DNA of 64,000 bases from Balamuthia mandrillaris (GCA_031835245.2 JAVKOQ020000066.1:124001-188000); one strand, 5' to 3'. Shown: positions 1 through 15,065, counted from the stretch's first letter. Notes: generated from the sequence alone by a model not told the origin. A program made the numbers and translations.

Positions 1-886
<886 letters not shown>

Positions 887-1173
887 TTTCTTTCACTTGG
901 GTAAAAACCGTGTATCTGTGTCTTGAAAAGCGGGAAAATCTCTCGATCAGCTCACTAATTCTACTTCACCACCTTGGCGCTACACCTTCAACAAAGCGTC
1001 TTTTCTTCTATCACGTCCTCTCAGCTTTCTTCTTCGCCGCAGTTGCGCGCTAATTCCCTATTTTTGACCAAGCCAAAAAAATAACGCTAATTCCCTTTCC
1101 CCCCATGATTATTATCGATAATTATTATGCTCATTCATGATCGATGACATCACCCATCCGATCGTATGGCGAT

Positions 1174-3558
1174 CAGCTCGAGGGGTCTTGTGTTTTTTTT
1201 TTTGCTGTGGAAAGAAAAATAAAATAAAAGAAACGAAATGAAAACAAAAATCTAGACATCCGCCTTTCTTTGAAAGCAAAAATGAAATGGTGCCCTTTTC
1301 GGCTAGCTTCCCCCTTTGTTCAAGTATCGGAAGTTGAGGGCCGGCTCTAAACTGTGCACATGAGAAATAGCAGCTGTGCAGGACAGCGACGTGTTAACCT
1401 CCGTTCGATCCTGTGGAGAGCAATAAGAGAAGAAGAGGTGAGGTCACACTTACCGGTAAAAGTGGTGAGACAATATCCAAATTGAGCTCTCTTCTCATCG
1501 TCCATTGCAAAGTTGTCCATGAAAGCAACAATCTGTCGGAGGTTGTTGGATGGTATTAACAAAGACTGTACCAATGCGTAAGCGAACAGAGGCAACACCG
1601 CATCAGCGCTAATGCTTGATAAGCCAGAGCGAAGCTTTGCTTCTTGATTGAGCAGCTGTACCACGCTGTGTATCGTGTCAAGCATATCCACCGGCACCTT
1701 TTGTTTTGTTTGTTTGTTTTTTTTGGTTTTTTGTGAAAAAGCGAGGATGGAGCAGCCATCATAGAAACGAACAGACAAAAAAAAATCCAATGCAAAATAC
1801 TAACCAAACCAAACAAAAGGGAGTCCAACTCGAATGCAGCAGCGCGATAGGGCTCCTGTTGCATAAAGTCGCCGCCGTTTGCGGATGATTCTTTGATTGG
1901 TTGGAGGTACTTAACGTTTGCGTCAACATAAACAATCTATTCTACAATAACAGAGACTAAACAGGATAACGAAGGAAGGAAGAAGATAAAAGAGCCCGAC
2001 GAAAGCACAAGAGCAAAACCAAGAACAAAAGAGAAGGAATGCAGAAAAGCGTACTTCAGGAGGTATATCAAGTTGTTTCGGGGGCAGTGACCGGTGATAC
2101 GAGTGCAATTGTAACAGCTTTTCGTTGGTGAAATCACATGAGTAGACGGATGGAGGTGTGTAGGAGTCGGTTGGCTGAGGAGACAGTCTAAAACAGTAGT
2201 CATGAATGACTGGAAAGATGCATCTGCTGATAAAAAGGCGTAGCTTTGGGGCGTGTATACTCTCTATGTTGTGATCTTCCATCATTTCGTCCAGCAGATT
2301 CTGTTGATATTAGGAAAATAAGTAACAGAGAGAGAGAGAGAGAGAGAGAGGGACATTACAAGCAAAAATCCAGTTATATCGATCGGAAGGAACCTTCCGT
2401 CCGCTTCTTTGAGAGCTTCCAATAGCCGCTGAACCTTCATTCCTAAGTGCGAAGTGTGTTATTGTTATACTCGTTGTATGAAACAAAATATACTAACCTT
2501 CTTTGAAACGCTGATCCAGTAAAATACCATCAAAAGTGCTTTGCTTTTTCTCATTCAATACATGAAATCCTAACTCAGCATAATGGCCTCCACCCGTGTC
2601 TGTCTGTAACAATAATTCCTTGAGCTGTGAACTCCGTGTGGGAACGTCCACACATGTTGCAAATTCTCGCAGCTGTACATAGGCGTTGCTTGCCAAAGCT
2701 TTTCGTTTCTCCACTCGCTAATGGTTTAGTTTAAGAATGTGTTGTGAATTTTAAAGCAATAACCAACCGTTGAAGAAAGGGAAATGACAAAGGAAAAAAA
2801 ATAGAAAGAATGAAACAAACAAAGTGAGAAAGTTGAGGGAAGAAGAAGGAAGGGTCCTTACAGCTAAAAGCTTGGTTAGCCGCCGAATGGTAGAGTCTTG
2901 AGTGTACATCGCAGTTGGCTCTACAAAGAGAGAAGTGGAGATAATAGGCGAGTTCTCCACCTTCATCGTTTTAATAATCTGTGCTAGTTCTTCTTGCTTT
3001 GCATTAAGTACATTGATTTTTTGTTGCTCCGTCTCATACTGTAATGATAACCGTGCTAGTTTTAGCTGCATGAGAGTTCGTGTGCTATTGTGGTAATAAC
3101 AAAAGATATGTTATTAATTTTCTCAAAAGAACAAAACAAAACTATATGCCAACCTTCTTATCAAGGGATAGTTGGCCCATGTGCGAAAGCTTTGGATGTC
3201 TTGTTTGGTTTGAACAATCACCTTTCGTTCTTTTTGTTTTAACAGCTTCATTGTTTCAGAACAAGCAGCAGCTGTGTCTTTCAGAATTGACCTTTTTAAA
3301 AAATTAGGAAATGGAGGAAAAGATGGGCAAAAAAAAAAGGTTATATAGTACTTGTAACGGTAAAGCTGCAGTTTTCTCTGTTGAGCGATTGGCAAAGCGT
3401 CAGAAAGATGACCAGAGAAGAAAAAGGGTAAGTTTTACCTTCTTCCGTTCAGATATTTTTTTCTTATTGGCATCTTTGCTGCTGGGGGTAAGTCCTCCTT
3501 TTGTGTTCTGAGAGAGAGAGAGAGAGAGCAAGAGAGAGCAAGAGAGAGCAAGAGAGAG

Positions 3559-3593
<35 letters not shown>

Positions 3594-5586
3594 TTAACAA
3601 CAGAATACACGGAAAGGACAGTAGAGACCATACATTATTGAGTTGAACGTTTTCTTCTTCACGTATTTCCTCAAAAAACGCATCGGTACTTTTCTTTAGC
3701 AAAGGAATGTCCATGAGAAAGAGCCCAAGTGCTAACTGGGTTGAAGAATTGTTTAAGGTATTCGGAGACGCAATTACAGGGGAAGATGAGGAGGAAAGAG
3801 AAGATGTAAAACGAGTGGAAGTGGCGGATGGCGAAGAAGACGATGGAGACGAAGTCTGAAGGCTGCTCAGTCGATGGCGGAGAACAGGAGAGTTGGAGCT
3901 AACACTGGCAAAGTAGTTGCGTTTGTGGGCAGGCATCTTCATGATTTCCTCTTCCCAAAGTTCAGAGAGAGAAGAGTGGTAGCGACGCGATTCACCACTA
4001 TCAGCCAATTTGTTGGTTGATTGTTCATCTGATATAGCGAGGGAGTGCGTTGCAGCAAATGGAGAAGATAAAGGAGAGGCTAGTGCCACCGGTTGGGAGT
4101 ACGATAAAAAAGAGGTGTAGGAAGAATAAGAAGAGCTCTGAGCGCTGAGAGAAGCTGGAGACGGAGAGGACGGTGCAGCAAGAGGAGCAGAAAAGGATCG
4201 AGAGATAGAGTGTTCATTTTGTGCACTTGTGGATGTCGGAGAGGAAGATTGTGGGAGGGTAGAATTGGACGAATAGGCGGAGTCGTGGCTTTTGGGTGAG
4301 AGAGAAGACGGAGAGTAGTTGCTAGGATCCGACAGAGAGGCTTTGTTAGCAAGGAATAAGCTGTTAATGGCGAGGCAGGAAGGTGAGGCAGGAGATGCTG
4401 ACGTAGAGGAAGAGGAGGACGTGCGAGAGGTCTTTTGAGAAGAGCTTGTCGAAGAGGGAGCCGTGCCAGAGTAATCGTTGCTAAAGTCGGATTCTTCAAA
4501 GGAGGTGAAAACGTCAGTTGAGGTATGCTGTTGCCTGCCCAACAGCTCTGCCTCTATGTTTTTGTTAAAGCTATTTTCTATCTCTTCCTCCCAACCTTGT
4601 TGCATGCGCAGCTTCCAGCTATTACGTGCAAGGCTTGGCCGACAGTCTTCCTCTTCCAAACAACCTTGTTCTTGTTTGGTGTCAGTCGTCCGTCTTACTC
4701 CATCTCCTCCTTCTCCTCCTCTTCTTCTTCCACCTCCTCGGCTCAGTTCTGCTGAAAATCGTCTTGTGCTGTGCTGGAGGGAGGCTGAATCACCGCTGCT
4801 AGCCAAGACGCTGGGTTTGACAACACCTGGCCACGCCATCCCCGTACTGCTGTTTTTCCCTGGCATGACGATCATTGAAACACTTTCAGTGACAACATCA
4901 TCACCATTTTCGGCACCGCCTTCTTTATCGCCACCACTAACTTCCCTTGCCAGCGGAGAGCTTTGTAGCCGCTGTCGGAATGCAGCTATTTCGTTAGTCA
5001 GCTGGCGTACTCTTACTTGTTCTTGTTCTTCTTCATCCTCCCTGGTTGTTGTGTCCTCCTCTGCAATTTTTTCCTTTGGCGATAGTTCCTCTTCCTCTTT
5101 TACTTCCTCTTTCTCTTTCGCTATCTCTGCTTTTTTCTCAAACTTTTGTGGTCCCAGAGAGAAACGCCCGTCCTTTGCTATGTGTTGTTTGGCACCACCA
5201 TTCTTTCTTGCTCTCGTGGTTTTGTGTTTGCTCCTCTTCTCTCTCATGGTGGCGTTTCCTCCTCGCTCCCCACGACTGCTGGTAGTTCTCATCCGTGGAG
5301 AGCCGATGAAAATGTTGCGACCCTCTCCTTTCTTCGTGTCCTGCGCCAGTCCTTCTCTTCTCGAGGCAAAGAGGTCCTGCCATACTCCACGCGAAGGAGA
5401 AGGAGAGGAGGCTATCGTGCTTCGACGTCCTTGTTGTTGCGACGGTATTAACTCTGCAGAAGTAGAAGAAGAGATTTTGTTGTCGTTGTCGTCATCAACG
5501 CACTGAGAAGAAGGAGAAGCGTTGGAAGCAGCGGCGTCTTCCGTATGGCGTGGTCCGCTTCCTTCTGTTACAGCTTCCTGCGACAT
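1174..5586 (-). CDS. VPS9-domain protein (Rab5 GEF-like) with a long Ser-rich N-terminus, multi-exon; 3' end approximate
   Basis: C-terminal exons read ISADAVLPLFAYALVQS...IVAFMDNFAMDDEKRAQFGYCLTTFT, matching the VPS9 'ADD.LP...GY.LT' pattern. Long 5' exon from ATG 5586 (MSQEAVTEG), with GT-AG introns between coding blocks. Confidence 0.8.
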
Positions 5587-6323
5587 AACGTTCCCGCGTT
5601 GAGAAAAAACCGTAATCTTCACCGCGTGTCTGCCTTTGTAACCAGCTGCAACAGTAGTAGTTGGACTTTTTTGCTGAAGAAACAAAAAGGAGGAAAGAAG
5701 TTTAAACAACAAAGCTATAAAGGGAAAGAAAGAGAAAAGAAGGGGGAGAAAAAAGAAAACAGAGAGAAAAAGGCTTTGGGATAGAATAGAAGGCGAGCAG
5801 TGCAACGTCTGCCGATGATCTACAAGATCTTCTTGGCGGCGCCGTAGTGTAACGAATTTGGTTTGATAAAATTGGCACGCACCTCAAAGCTCCCCCCGCA
5901 CGCTCGTGATGAGAGGTCCTAACCCTACCTAACCGTTGCCTTACTTTGCGCCACCCCTCCAAACGAGAGAGAAAATAGGAGAGAGGGTGGGGGTGGAGGT
6001 GTAAGAGAGAGCGAGGAAGGGGGTGTTCTCTCTTCTCTCTCCCTCTTGTTGCTCGTTGGTTTGCTTTGGTGAAGATTTTTTCGATTTCGAAACGCCAAAG
6101 GGGCCAATATATTGGATTGTTGTCATACTTATCGTTCGTTTTCGAAATATATCTCCTTGTGGGGGTGAACACGTCCTCTTTTACCTTTATCAGTAAATAC
6201 GGACGGATGCGTCGATCTACCCAGACTAGATCAGATCTTGTTTTTTCCCTTTTCGGACCAGCAAAAAAAAAGCCACGTCTTTCTTTTATCTTATCTCGTG
6301 TTTATCAAGAAGAAAGAGACCTC

Positions 6324-8253
6324 ATGCACCAGAAGAAGACCACGACCACCTTCACCAAGTTCACTCGCGGGGGCGGTGGCGGGGTCACACGGAAGGGTGC
6401 CAAGCCGACAAGCATCGCTCCCAAACTACCCGATGGCACAAAACCCTCCGTCCACAACGGCCAGCTTTTAGTGTCCTCTGGCCTCCACGATCTCGACGGT
6501 AAAGCATCGTCATCAATCTTTCTTTTCCTCTTTTTTTATATTTACTTTTTTTTTCTCTCTTTTTTTTGGGGGGTCGGTCATGCCTCTCGAGTACAGAGGT
6601 GATTGGTGGAGGCATTGCTGTGGGGACTGTGTTCTTGTTGTTGGAGGACAAGAACACGGGCCATGGAAGGACCCTGCTCAAATACTTTGTGAGCGAAGGC
6701 CTGTCCTGCCGACATGGAGTGCTGCTGGCTGCTGCTGACCCCACGCCTGACCAGTTGCTTCGGCAGCTGCCCTCCGAGGCCACTCGTGAGTCCGCACTCT
6801 TGTCCGAGGAAGAGAAGGTACCTCCTCTGCTCTGTTTCCTTTGACTATTTGCTGAGGGCTGGAACCTGATCTGATGACAAATGGCAGAAAGAGCATGACC
6901 TAAAGATAGCATGGCAGTACCAAAAGTATTTGGGAGGAGCTAAGGACGATAGTACTAGTGGAGCCTCCAGTGCTGCTAGTGGATCTTCTGCTGCTCCCTC
7001 CAAACCAACACGCTCTTCTGCCTCCTCCCTTTCTCCATCACGTACTTTCTATTTTCCTCGTGTTGTTTGTTTGTTTGTTTGTTTGTTTGTTTGTTTGTTT
7101 GTTTGTTTGTTTGTTTGTTTGTTTGTTTGTTTGTTTGTTTGTTTGTTTGTTTGTTTGTTTGTTTGTTGTTTGTTTGTTTGTTTGTTTGTTTGTTTGTTTG
7201 TTTGTTTGTTTTTGTTGTTTGTTTTTGTTGTTTGCTTCTTATTCTCTTGCTTTTTTTGTTCTGGTTGATACAAAAAAAAAGCACGCAAGCTTCGGCCGTT
7301 TTGTCACACGTTTGACCTCGCAACCCCCCGCAAGTACGAAGAGCTGCCACTCACAGGACAAGGGGAGGGGCAGGTCTGTCGGCTGGACATTAACGAACTT
7401 CCACAACAAATAAACGACACTTCGTCACACAACCTCTACCAGCAAGTCTATCATCACATCGTCCAATTCGCTGGGGCTTCAACACCATCGCCCCAACCTA
7501 CAGCGGGGGGCGAAGCCAAACCACCAACCATTACCCGTCTCGCCTTGTTCTCTCTTGGTCACCCACTTTGGCGGTTGGATACTGACAATGAGGTAAAATA
7601 CTCTTGTTATTGGTTTATCACGCACTTACGGTATCATGTCGATGAACAAGAAAAACGAAAGGGAAATGCTGTGTTTTCTACACGCATTGAAAGGCTTCCT
7701 GCGGTCCTCTTTGGCGGTTTGCTTCATCACCATTCCGCAACATCTTTATTCCTCATCGTTTTTGCGGAAGGCAGCTCACGCCTGCGACACTGTCACCACC
7801 ATTCATTCCTTTAAAGGTATTTGTTTCTTTCATTATTGTTGCTGTTCTTCTATTTCTTCTCGTTCTTCTGCTGCCGCCTTTGCTTTGTTCATTTCTCGAT
7901 CTAGAGCTGAGCAAAACAAACAACTACAAACAGGAAGTGGAGATCAGGTATCAACGGCGTACAAGGACTACTCTGGTCTGTTCGACATTATAAAACTGCC
8001 ACGACTCAACTCGCTGATGACTCATCTTCCAGACACTCTAAACTATGCTTTTAAAGTCGGTCGTCGCAAACTGAGCATCGAGAAGCTTCATCTCCCACCG
8101 GAGACCGTACGGGATGCACAAGACGAGGAAACAACAGTCATCTCTTCGAAGAAAGTTGAAGTCGAAAAAGAAAGTGGAGAGGTAGTACCAAATCCAGTTT
8201 CTTCTTTGTTGTGTGCTCCTTCTGCTGGTCGTAACAATCCTCTCGACTTTTAA
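6324..8253 (+). CDS. ELP4: Elongator complex subunit 4, multi-exon
   Basis: GTKPSVHNGQLLVSSGLHDLD|VIGGGIAVGTVFLLLEDKNTGHGRTLLKYFVSEGL, then LKIAWQYQK, FCHTFDL, FLHALKGFLRSS and AFKVGRRKLSIEKLHLPPE...LDF. These are characteristic ELP4 blocks. Confidence 0.92.
7062..7215. repeat. (GTTT)n microsatellite in an ELP4 intron
   Basis: Directly visible. Confidence 0.97.
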
Positions 8254-8279
8254 ATACTCCCTTTATTTATATGTACATT

Positions 8280-10311
8280 TCACACCATTTTTTTCTTCGT
8301 CCGAGGTCCATCTTTAGCTGCACTCTTACGAGAACGAGAAGACAGAGAAGAAGAAGAAGAGGCCGAAGGAGAACAAGTGCATGAAGGTGTACCCTCTTTC
8401 AGAGAGGTGCACTCCACTTGTATGAAAGCAGGACTTCCTACTGTGCACCTGATCGTCAACGGAAAAGAAGATGAAGCGCTTTCCTTACGTTCAGCTATAA
8501 ATCGAAGCGTGATGACTTCTTCGTCAGGCACGCCGTCCACGCTCACCCGTATTCCTTCCTTTCCACTTTTGGGATGGGAGAACAGAGAGATGGAGCGCAC
8601 GCGTTGTTTGGAGGCAGGAACAAACTTGTTGGTCTCCCCGACGAAAGTCCAGCGCCAAGATGAAGTCTCCAACACAGGACACACTACATAATATCTATGT
8701 TGCATGATTGGAGCAAAAGAAGGGAGGGATGGAATGATAAGAGGATGCTTTGCATCAAAGTCGTGCACCGCGTTGACAAAGTTGTCATCGTCAGCAACTT
8801 CCATTTGTGCAAAGTCATACAGTTTCGCTCCGTGATCACTTAAGCCCAAATCAACTGGCGTGATGTTGAACTGATAAGGCAGACCAGCAGCTAATATGTA
8901 AATCCATTTTGCACAACCCTCCTCGTTCTCTTCGTCATCGATAACGGTCCATTTAAAGCTGTGTTGATTGTGGTTGTTGCGCAGTTGATGACGAGAGGAC
9001 GTTACCCAAACCTGCAAAGGATTGATGGGCTGCGACACGAAAGAGAAAGCGGTTGTGTTGAACTGAGCAGTGAAGACAGTGTCCAAAGGTTTTGCTGGTT
9101 TATCTGGCTTTAGTATCAGCCCATCTTCTCTGCAAGTCTTCATTATACGTGCTGATTTTTTTTTTGAATTTGGTTAGACTTGTTTGGAAACAGAAGAACG
9201 GGAAGAAAAGGCAGCAGCAGAAGAAGAAAAAGAAGGAAGTACATCGATTGGTGTAGCCAATGCCATCAGAAGGTCCAACAGGGCCTGTTGCTAAGACGGC
9301 AGACAACGCATGCAGCTCTGGATTAGGTTCTATGCAGCCTGTAGATGGCCATTTGCAACCTGGTTGTGGTTTGCTACACCACCAAAGAAAAAAGAGGAAC
9401 TTCAGCCGAGTTAAATCACAAAGTGAAGTGAACAATTATAACCTTGTTGTCCAAAAGTTGTCTTTGAAAGGAATTAGGCCCAATGCATCAAGAAACATTG
9501 ATGTGTAGGTAACTTTCCAATTATCATTACCAGGTTGATAATCGTGAGATGCTCTCACTTTTGCGAAAACGTTGGCGAAGGCAAAGTTTGGAAAACAAGG
9601 AAGCGGAGAAGACAAAGCAGAAGAAACAAACCTTGGACTACGGTCGGAATTTCCACAGATTGAAGAAATGCATTGGGTAGAGTCATGCAATACTGAATGG
9701 TGACTCCAGTTGTGGCAGCGGCACGTCCCATTGCCAACAACCAGTGCCGAGCATTGTAAATGTTATTTTGCGTTGCATTCATTTCTGAAAAAGTTTTTAT
9801 GATCCAGTCCTTTTATACATGAGCGGTTAGAGAAGGAAAAAGAGAAGAGAGGCTACAAACCTGCTCGTAGACGGACATGCCCCAAAGTCTAGCTGTTCCC
9901 ATTAGGTACTCGAACATCTTTTGGTCGACTGGTAATGAGATGTCGTTTTCTTCTTCTATAATAAACTTGAATCCCATATCTTCATACGCATTAAAGGCAC
10001 TTGGATGGTTTGCATAAGTTAACAAGCTCGGAGGGGAAAAGAGGAGAGAAAAGAGAAGAGCACAAGTTTACCTAAAGAATCTGTTGTGAAGAACCAACGG
10101 CGGAAAATCCATTGCCTCATTCAGTGAAGCCATTCCACTTCTAAAGGCGACAGCATGCATAAGACAAACAGCGTGAAAGAGAAAAAAAATAACCAAAGAG
10201 AAAAATACTGACGGGAATATATCATAGCGGGGCTCCCAAAGCAATAGGCCACCGTTTTGATCTTTGTAGTACCACCAAGAATCTATTGCAATGATGCAAA
10301 CTGGTCAGCAA

Positions 10312-10359
<48 letters not shown>

Positions 10360-11049
10360 AAACAGAGAAACAGAGCTATAGATTCTACCGAATTGGTAAT
10401 GTTTAAACGGAAGTGCATTTTTCTTTGCTACTTTTGCGATATCTATCATTGTCTTTTCGTAACTCAGCCTGGAACAAACATCAGGATGAAGTTACTTCAA
10501 GCAAAAAAAAGCTATCAGACAAAACCAACCCTGGTTCAGTGGTATAATAATAGTAAGCGCCGTTATCAGTCCAATATCCTAAATACTGTGAGTTAGAGAG
10601 AACAATCGTGTCAGAACAAGGTACAAAAAGGGAGTAATTAAGAGAACCGAAGGGAAAAAAAACATACAGAAGTGGTAGGTTGGTTCAAAGCAGCAACGTC
10701 GGCAGGTGCTTTGCCATACATTTGACGAAGAACCTGACCCCATTCATCTATCGCTGCTGTAATGCCGCCTTCACCTTCGCTCTCTCCTCCACTTTCATTC
10801 GGTGGAGTAGGAACAAGAATGGTGCGATGGACGAAACCAGAGGGTAAGCTCTGCACCTTGCCTTGAATTCCAACACTCAATTGAAGATTGTAATGCGGAG
10901 AGATGGTATGAGTGCCCACCATGAAGTTCGTTATAGGTGATAACACGATGCTCTGTCTTATTTTGGAATAAAGCACTAGCGGTACTCCTGTAACGCACGT
11001 TTGCATAAGCAACAAGGGCCAGACAGACAGACAGACAGAGGGAGAGGGA

Positions 11050-11086
<37 letters not shown>

Positions 11087-12075
11087 GGGAAACCTCCAAA
11101 AATGCCGCCTGGAAAGAGCGATGGTGGCCAAGTGCCAAGCACCGGCTTTAGTTGTGACTCATAAATTGTGAGGTAATTCAAGAAGGGTGAATTATGCTTG
11201 GACTGCTGATGCGACTGCACCAAAGAGAACGAAGGAAACGTTGATATCGTCTGTTGCAAAAAAAGAGCATGGAGAAGAGTGACCGAGAGAGAGTGAGAAA
11301 AAAGACATAGAGAGATAGAGAGAATAATAAGCAAAAACGAGAGAAGAGACTGGCAAAAAGGGGATGGAAAAGATCGACCTCAGCGTTGTCAGAGATAGCA
11401 CAGTCGGACAATCCTTTGGGAAAGCTTTGGTCAAATGTAAGCACATTTCTATCCTCGAAAACTTTAAACTATTAATATGAAAATATATGTCAATATACAG
11501 ACGATGCATAAAAACTGGAACAAAGAAGGAAAAGAAGCATGAAAGAAGAAGAAAAAAGGAAGGAAGGAGAAAAGACATACAGCAGTGTCAAAAGGCATTC
11601 CCTCAGCACTCCAATGCAGCACAAGAGCAGTAAATGGGCCAAGGTGCTCCTCCTCTCCGTCCATCAGCGTATAGTTCATCAAGCGCAAAGCACCATCCTC
11701 CAAGTTGGGCGGAAAGCTCGTCTCCACCTCTTCCTTCAATGCAGGAGCAGAGGCCAGTGAAGAGAACCACTGGTCCTTCCAACGAAGAGCGGTGGCACCG
11801 CTGCTCAGCCACGTCCTCTCCCCGACGGACAGTCGATAGCTGCCCTCCTGCAGATTGACAGCCACCGTTAAAACGGAGTCTGTTGCTTCCAGCCCTCTAC
11901 CCGCTCCGATGCGAAGGTGTTGGGTCCAAAACGCGGAAGGAGCAGCATAAGCAGAAGGAGAAGAAAGGACTTGTGAAGACGGAGGCAGGAGGCTAGTGGA
12001 GTGTGATGATGATGGGAACAACAAGAGAGCGGAGGCGAGCCAAAGCCACCGAAACAAAAGGAGTGGGAGTTTCAT
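8280..12075 (-). CDS. Secreted glycoside-hydrolase-like protein (GH-D clan-like TIM barrel; conserved uncharacterised family), multi-exon
   Basis: N-terminal signal peptide (MKLPLLLFRWLWLASALLL). Spliced blocks include YYYYTE, FKHYQF|DSWWYYK, YEQ|DW, WLLAMGRAAA..GVTIQYCM, RASHDY, LGLIPFKDNFWT, LATGPVGPSDGIG and CREDGLILKPDKP. Activity is inferred. Confidence 0.7.
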
Positions 12076-12463
12076 GTTCGCCCATGCGATCAATCAACGA
12101 CAGCTGCTACTTCCTGTGGCCACGCAGGTGGCGCAGCAGGGAAAGGGAAGGAGAGAAGGAAGGGAATGAGGAGACGCAAAGAGACAGCAGCGGCTGCCGC
12201 AGTTGTGGCCAAGGCGAGGGTCGTTTCTTTGTTGCGCCCTCCCTCCCCAATTAATTATTTGACTGAAAAGAAATGGCAAGGGAAAAATGGGCTGCAAAAT
12301 CGTCCCTGCGCCTCCCTGCTACTTTTAGCGGGGAAATCAATGTCGACAAGGACCATTGCCAAACCAAAGCATTGCGCGTTGATCATTTACTATTAGAGAG
12401 AGAAACGATAACATCCGGGTCGTCATGAAATACTTTGAAAACGCAAGAGAGAAAGAGAAAGAG

Positions 12464-12907
12464 ATGTTGAGGCACGGAAAGGCTTCCTTTATCTGCTCGC
12501 TGCCACCCGTTGTGACCACCCCACGTTTATTTTCCTCCTCTCCTAGTACTATCACCGCCGTTTCTTCCCACTTCGCGCCCCTCTCTTTGTGGGGGAACCT
12601 GGCTCACAACAAGCCTGCTGATGGTAGGTAGCTCCCTGTTTTTTCACTCTCCCCTGTTGTGATTGATTAGTTTTTTAAAAAACCTTTTCACTCACGCGCT
12701 CTTCCGTCGAATGATTTGTTTATTTACTAGCATCGACGATGAGCATGCGGCAGTACACTTCCTACCACAAGCCCCGGTCCTCCAAAGTACGCAAAAGGGT
12801 AGAGGCCAATCGAAACCGGAGAAGAGAGCTGCAAGACGAACGAACCCGACTGAAAGGCCTGGAACGACAAAGAAGGCGTTTCGAGTTTCTAGTCAGAGAA
12901 AGGGTGA

Positions 12908-12941
<34 letters not shown>

Positions 12942-13175
12942 GCTTGTGGGTGAAAGACGAAATCTAATCTTTGATGGTTGCCTCAACGATAGGTTAAAGC
13001 AGAAAAGAAAGGCTTCCCAGGAGTGGACTTTTCTCCAAGAGAGAAGGAGATTGTGGGTCCATGGAAGATACCCGGCCTCTTCTACCCAAAGCCCAGGTCC
13101 AGGCAGGATCCCAACGCCATCTCCGACTTAAGCCTTCACCTTCAGGACGATGGCTCTAAACCACAGCAACAATAA
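12464..13175 (+). CDS. Small basic protein with a mitochondrial-type presequence (possibly mitoribosomal), 3 exons
   Basis: Exons at about 12464-12624, 12731-12903 and 12993-13175 splice in frame: MLRHGKASF...SMRQYTSYHKPRSSKVRKRVEANRNRRR...VKAEKKGFPG...QQQ*. The presequence is Arg/Ser-rich and nearly free of acidic residues. Confidence 0.6.
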
Positions 13176-13206
13176 TTTGGTTACTTCCTCTTCTCCGGCA
13201 AAGCAG

Positions 13207-13242
<36 letters not shown>

Positions 13243-13844
13243 GAGAGAAAGCAAGAAGAGAGAGAAGGGCAAAGAGAATGGAGAACAAGTATCAGCCCCT
13301 TGTGTCTTTGTTTGTCCATAAAAAGTTTGGAGGGAGGTTTTTTCCTGCTCTGAGTGTAAGAGCATTGCTTCTTTCAGGGGCCTTGGCGCCAGTGCTCTTG
13401 GTGTTGATGTTGCCTTCTTGCGCGTTATGTTAGACAAAAAAACTCTAAAGGCCTGGCACAGAGGAGGAGGAGTGCTGGTATGAGTGAAAACTAACACATT
13501 TTACATTTGGCTTATACCAAGTTGCCACAAAAAAGAGGGACCTTCACATCTTACCACCCAATTCAGAGGAGAAAAAACATAGAAAGGCCAAGGAAGAGTG
13601 GGAGCAAACCCATGGACAGCTAATATATAGCGCACTCATTGTCAAAAGAAGTGACTAAAGTAAACATGGGATGGGATATTTACCATTGGAAGTTGGGATT
13701 ATTACCATTTTTGCTCAGGAGAATGAAAACAACAATGACAATATAAGGAATAAGAACAACAATAATAAACACTTTGGGAATACTAATGTTTATATAGTTA
13801 ATTGAAAATGTACACAATACCAACTTTCTTACTGTTGACATTTG

Positions 13845-15050
13845 TTATAGTAGTAGTAATAAGAAGTTTATTTGCTCTAAGAGTAGCCGCACTATATTGC
13901 AATACACTTCTTGCTGTCTCATTCTACACAGGTTTGATCTTCTTTCACCATGATTTGAAAAGCTTTTTGACACATAGTCCATATGACAAAGTAGTAGTAG
14001 TAATAAAAGTTTATTTGCTCTGAGAGCAACACCAATCTATACATAAAAAGTAAGCCTTGTACATACATAGTGTACTCTTACTTTTCTTACTCCCTCATCC
14101 TCAATGCCTTCCCAATTGTTACTCAATTCACAAGTGAAAGGTGTTGAATGAGATTTCAGACCAACTTTGTATCATCTAGCTATCCTTTTCTTTCCCTTTC
14201 CTTTCTTCTCTTTTCCTTGCTTACATTACTTCCAAAGACTGATAAAATGCAGAAGAACTTCCATGCTTCCAACTTGCTCTTGCTGCCCATAATCTCCAGA
14301 CTCGTTTACAACTTTGCTTACATTGTTCCATCTCTTGAGCTCTGTTACATTTCTTTCCACTTGACATATGACAAAGTAAACTTGACAATGGCCTCTGCAG
14401 CAATCTGGGCAGTTCGTGTACCCAGGTCTTGTGCAATGGCTCCTTGTTGCCTAAGGCTAGGCTATAAAGGGATTGCTTGGCCTTGGTGATCCTCTTCTTG
14501 GCATAAGTTGTCCACTTATCACTTTCTTCAAACCACAGTCCCAGGTACTTGGCCTCTTTTACACATTTCACAGCCTTGTTGATGGGGGATAAACCCTGCA
14601 GATCAAGAAAGGGACGGCATGTAAGCGACTCTGGGTTTATTCACAAGGAAAGAGGTGTGGACCAAAGTGTGTGCTTTGAGTGTGTCGTGAGGAAAAAGGG
14701 AAAATAAAAAAGGGTGAGAGAATTTGGGGTATCCAGGGAAAGCGTCAACAGGAAGTCAAAATGATGCGAATTGTTGGTTTTCCAACAGCCTCCTCCTTAA
14801 GTCTCCACTCTTGAAAGCATGCCTTCTTTCCTTGTGCTAGCACCACTGATTCCTTTGCATTGAACTGAAGTCTCAGAGCTTTAACTGCCTTTTTTGCCAC
14901 ATTCAGTCGAGCTCAAAAGGATCACTGGTCATCACTGCTAAATCATCTGCAAAAACTAGCAAACATTCCTTGCTTAACTCCTCTTTCTAGACATTATTGG
15001 GACTTCCTCAAACAATCTTCTTCACCTTCCACTTCTTCTTAAGAGGGGAA
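13845..15050 (-). mobile_element. Degenerate non-LTR retrotransposon (LINE): RT C-terminal part and 3' ends
   Basis: Minus strand reads ECLLVFADDLAVM (YADD-like, about 14930-14968) and KCVKEAKYLGLWF..KRITKAK (RT thumb). AATAAA followed by (TAC)n tails at about 13990-14015 and 13848-13875. Interrupted by a solo LTR. Confidence 0.75.
14577..14787. mobile_element. Solo LTR family A, copy 1 (211 bp), inserted in the LINE
   Basis: TGTTG...CAACA termini with 4-bp TSD GCCT; near-identical to three other copies. Confidence 0.88.
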
Positions 15051-15065
15051 GTATATTGATAGAAT

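Noticed and set aside
4478..5506. 342-aa plus-strand ORF
   Set aside because: Antisense shadow of the VPS9 gene's large exon.
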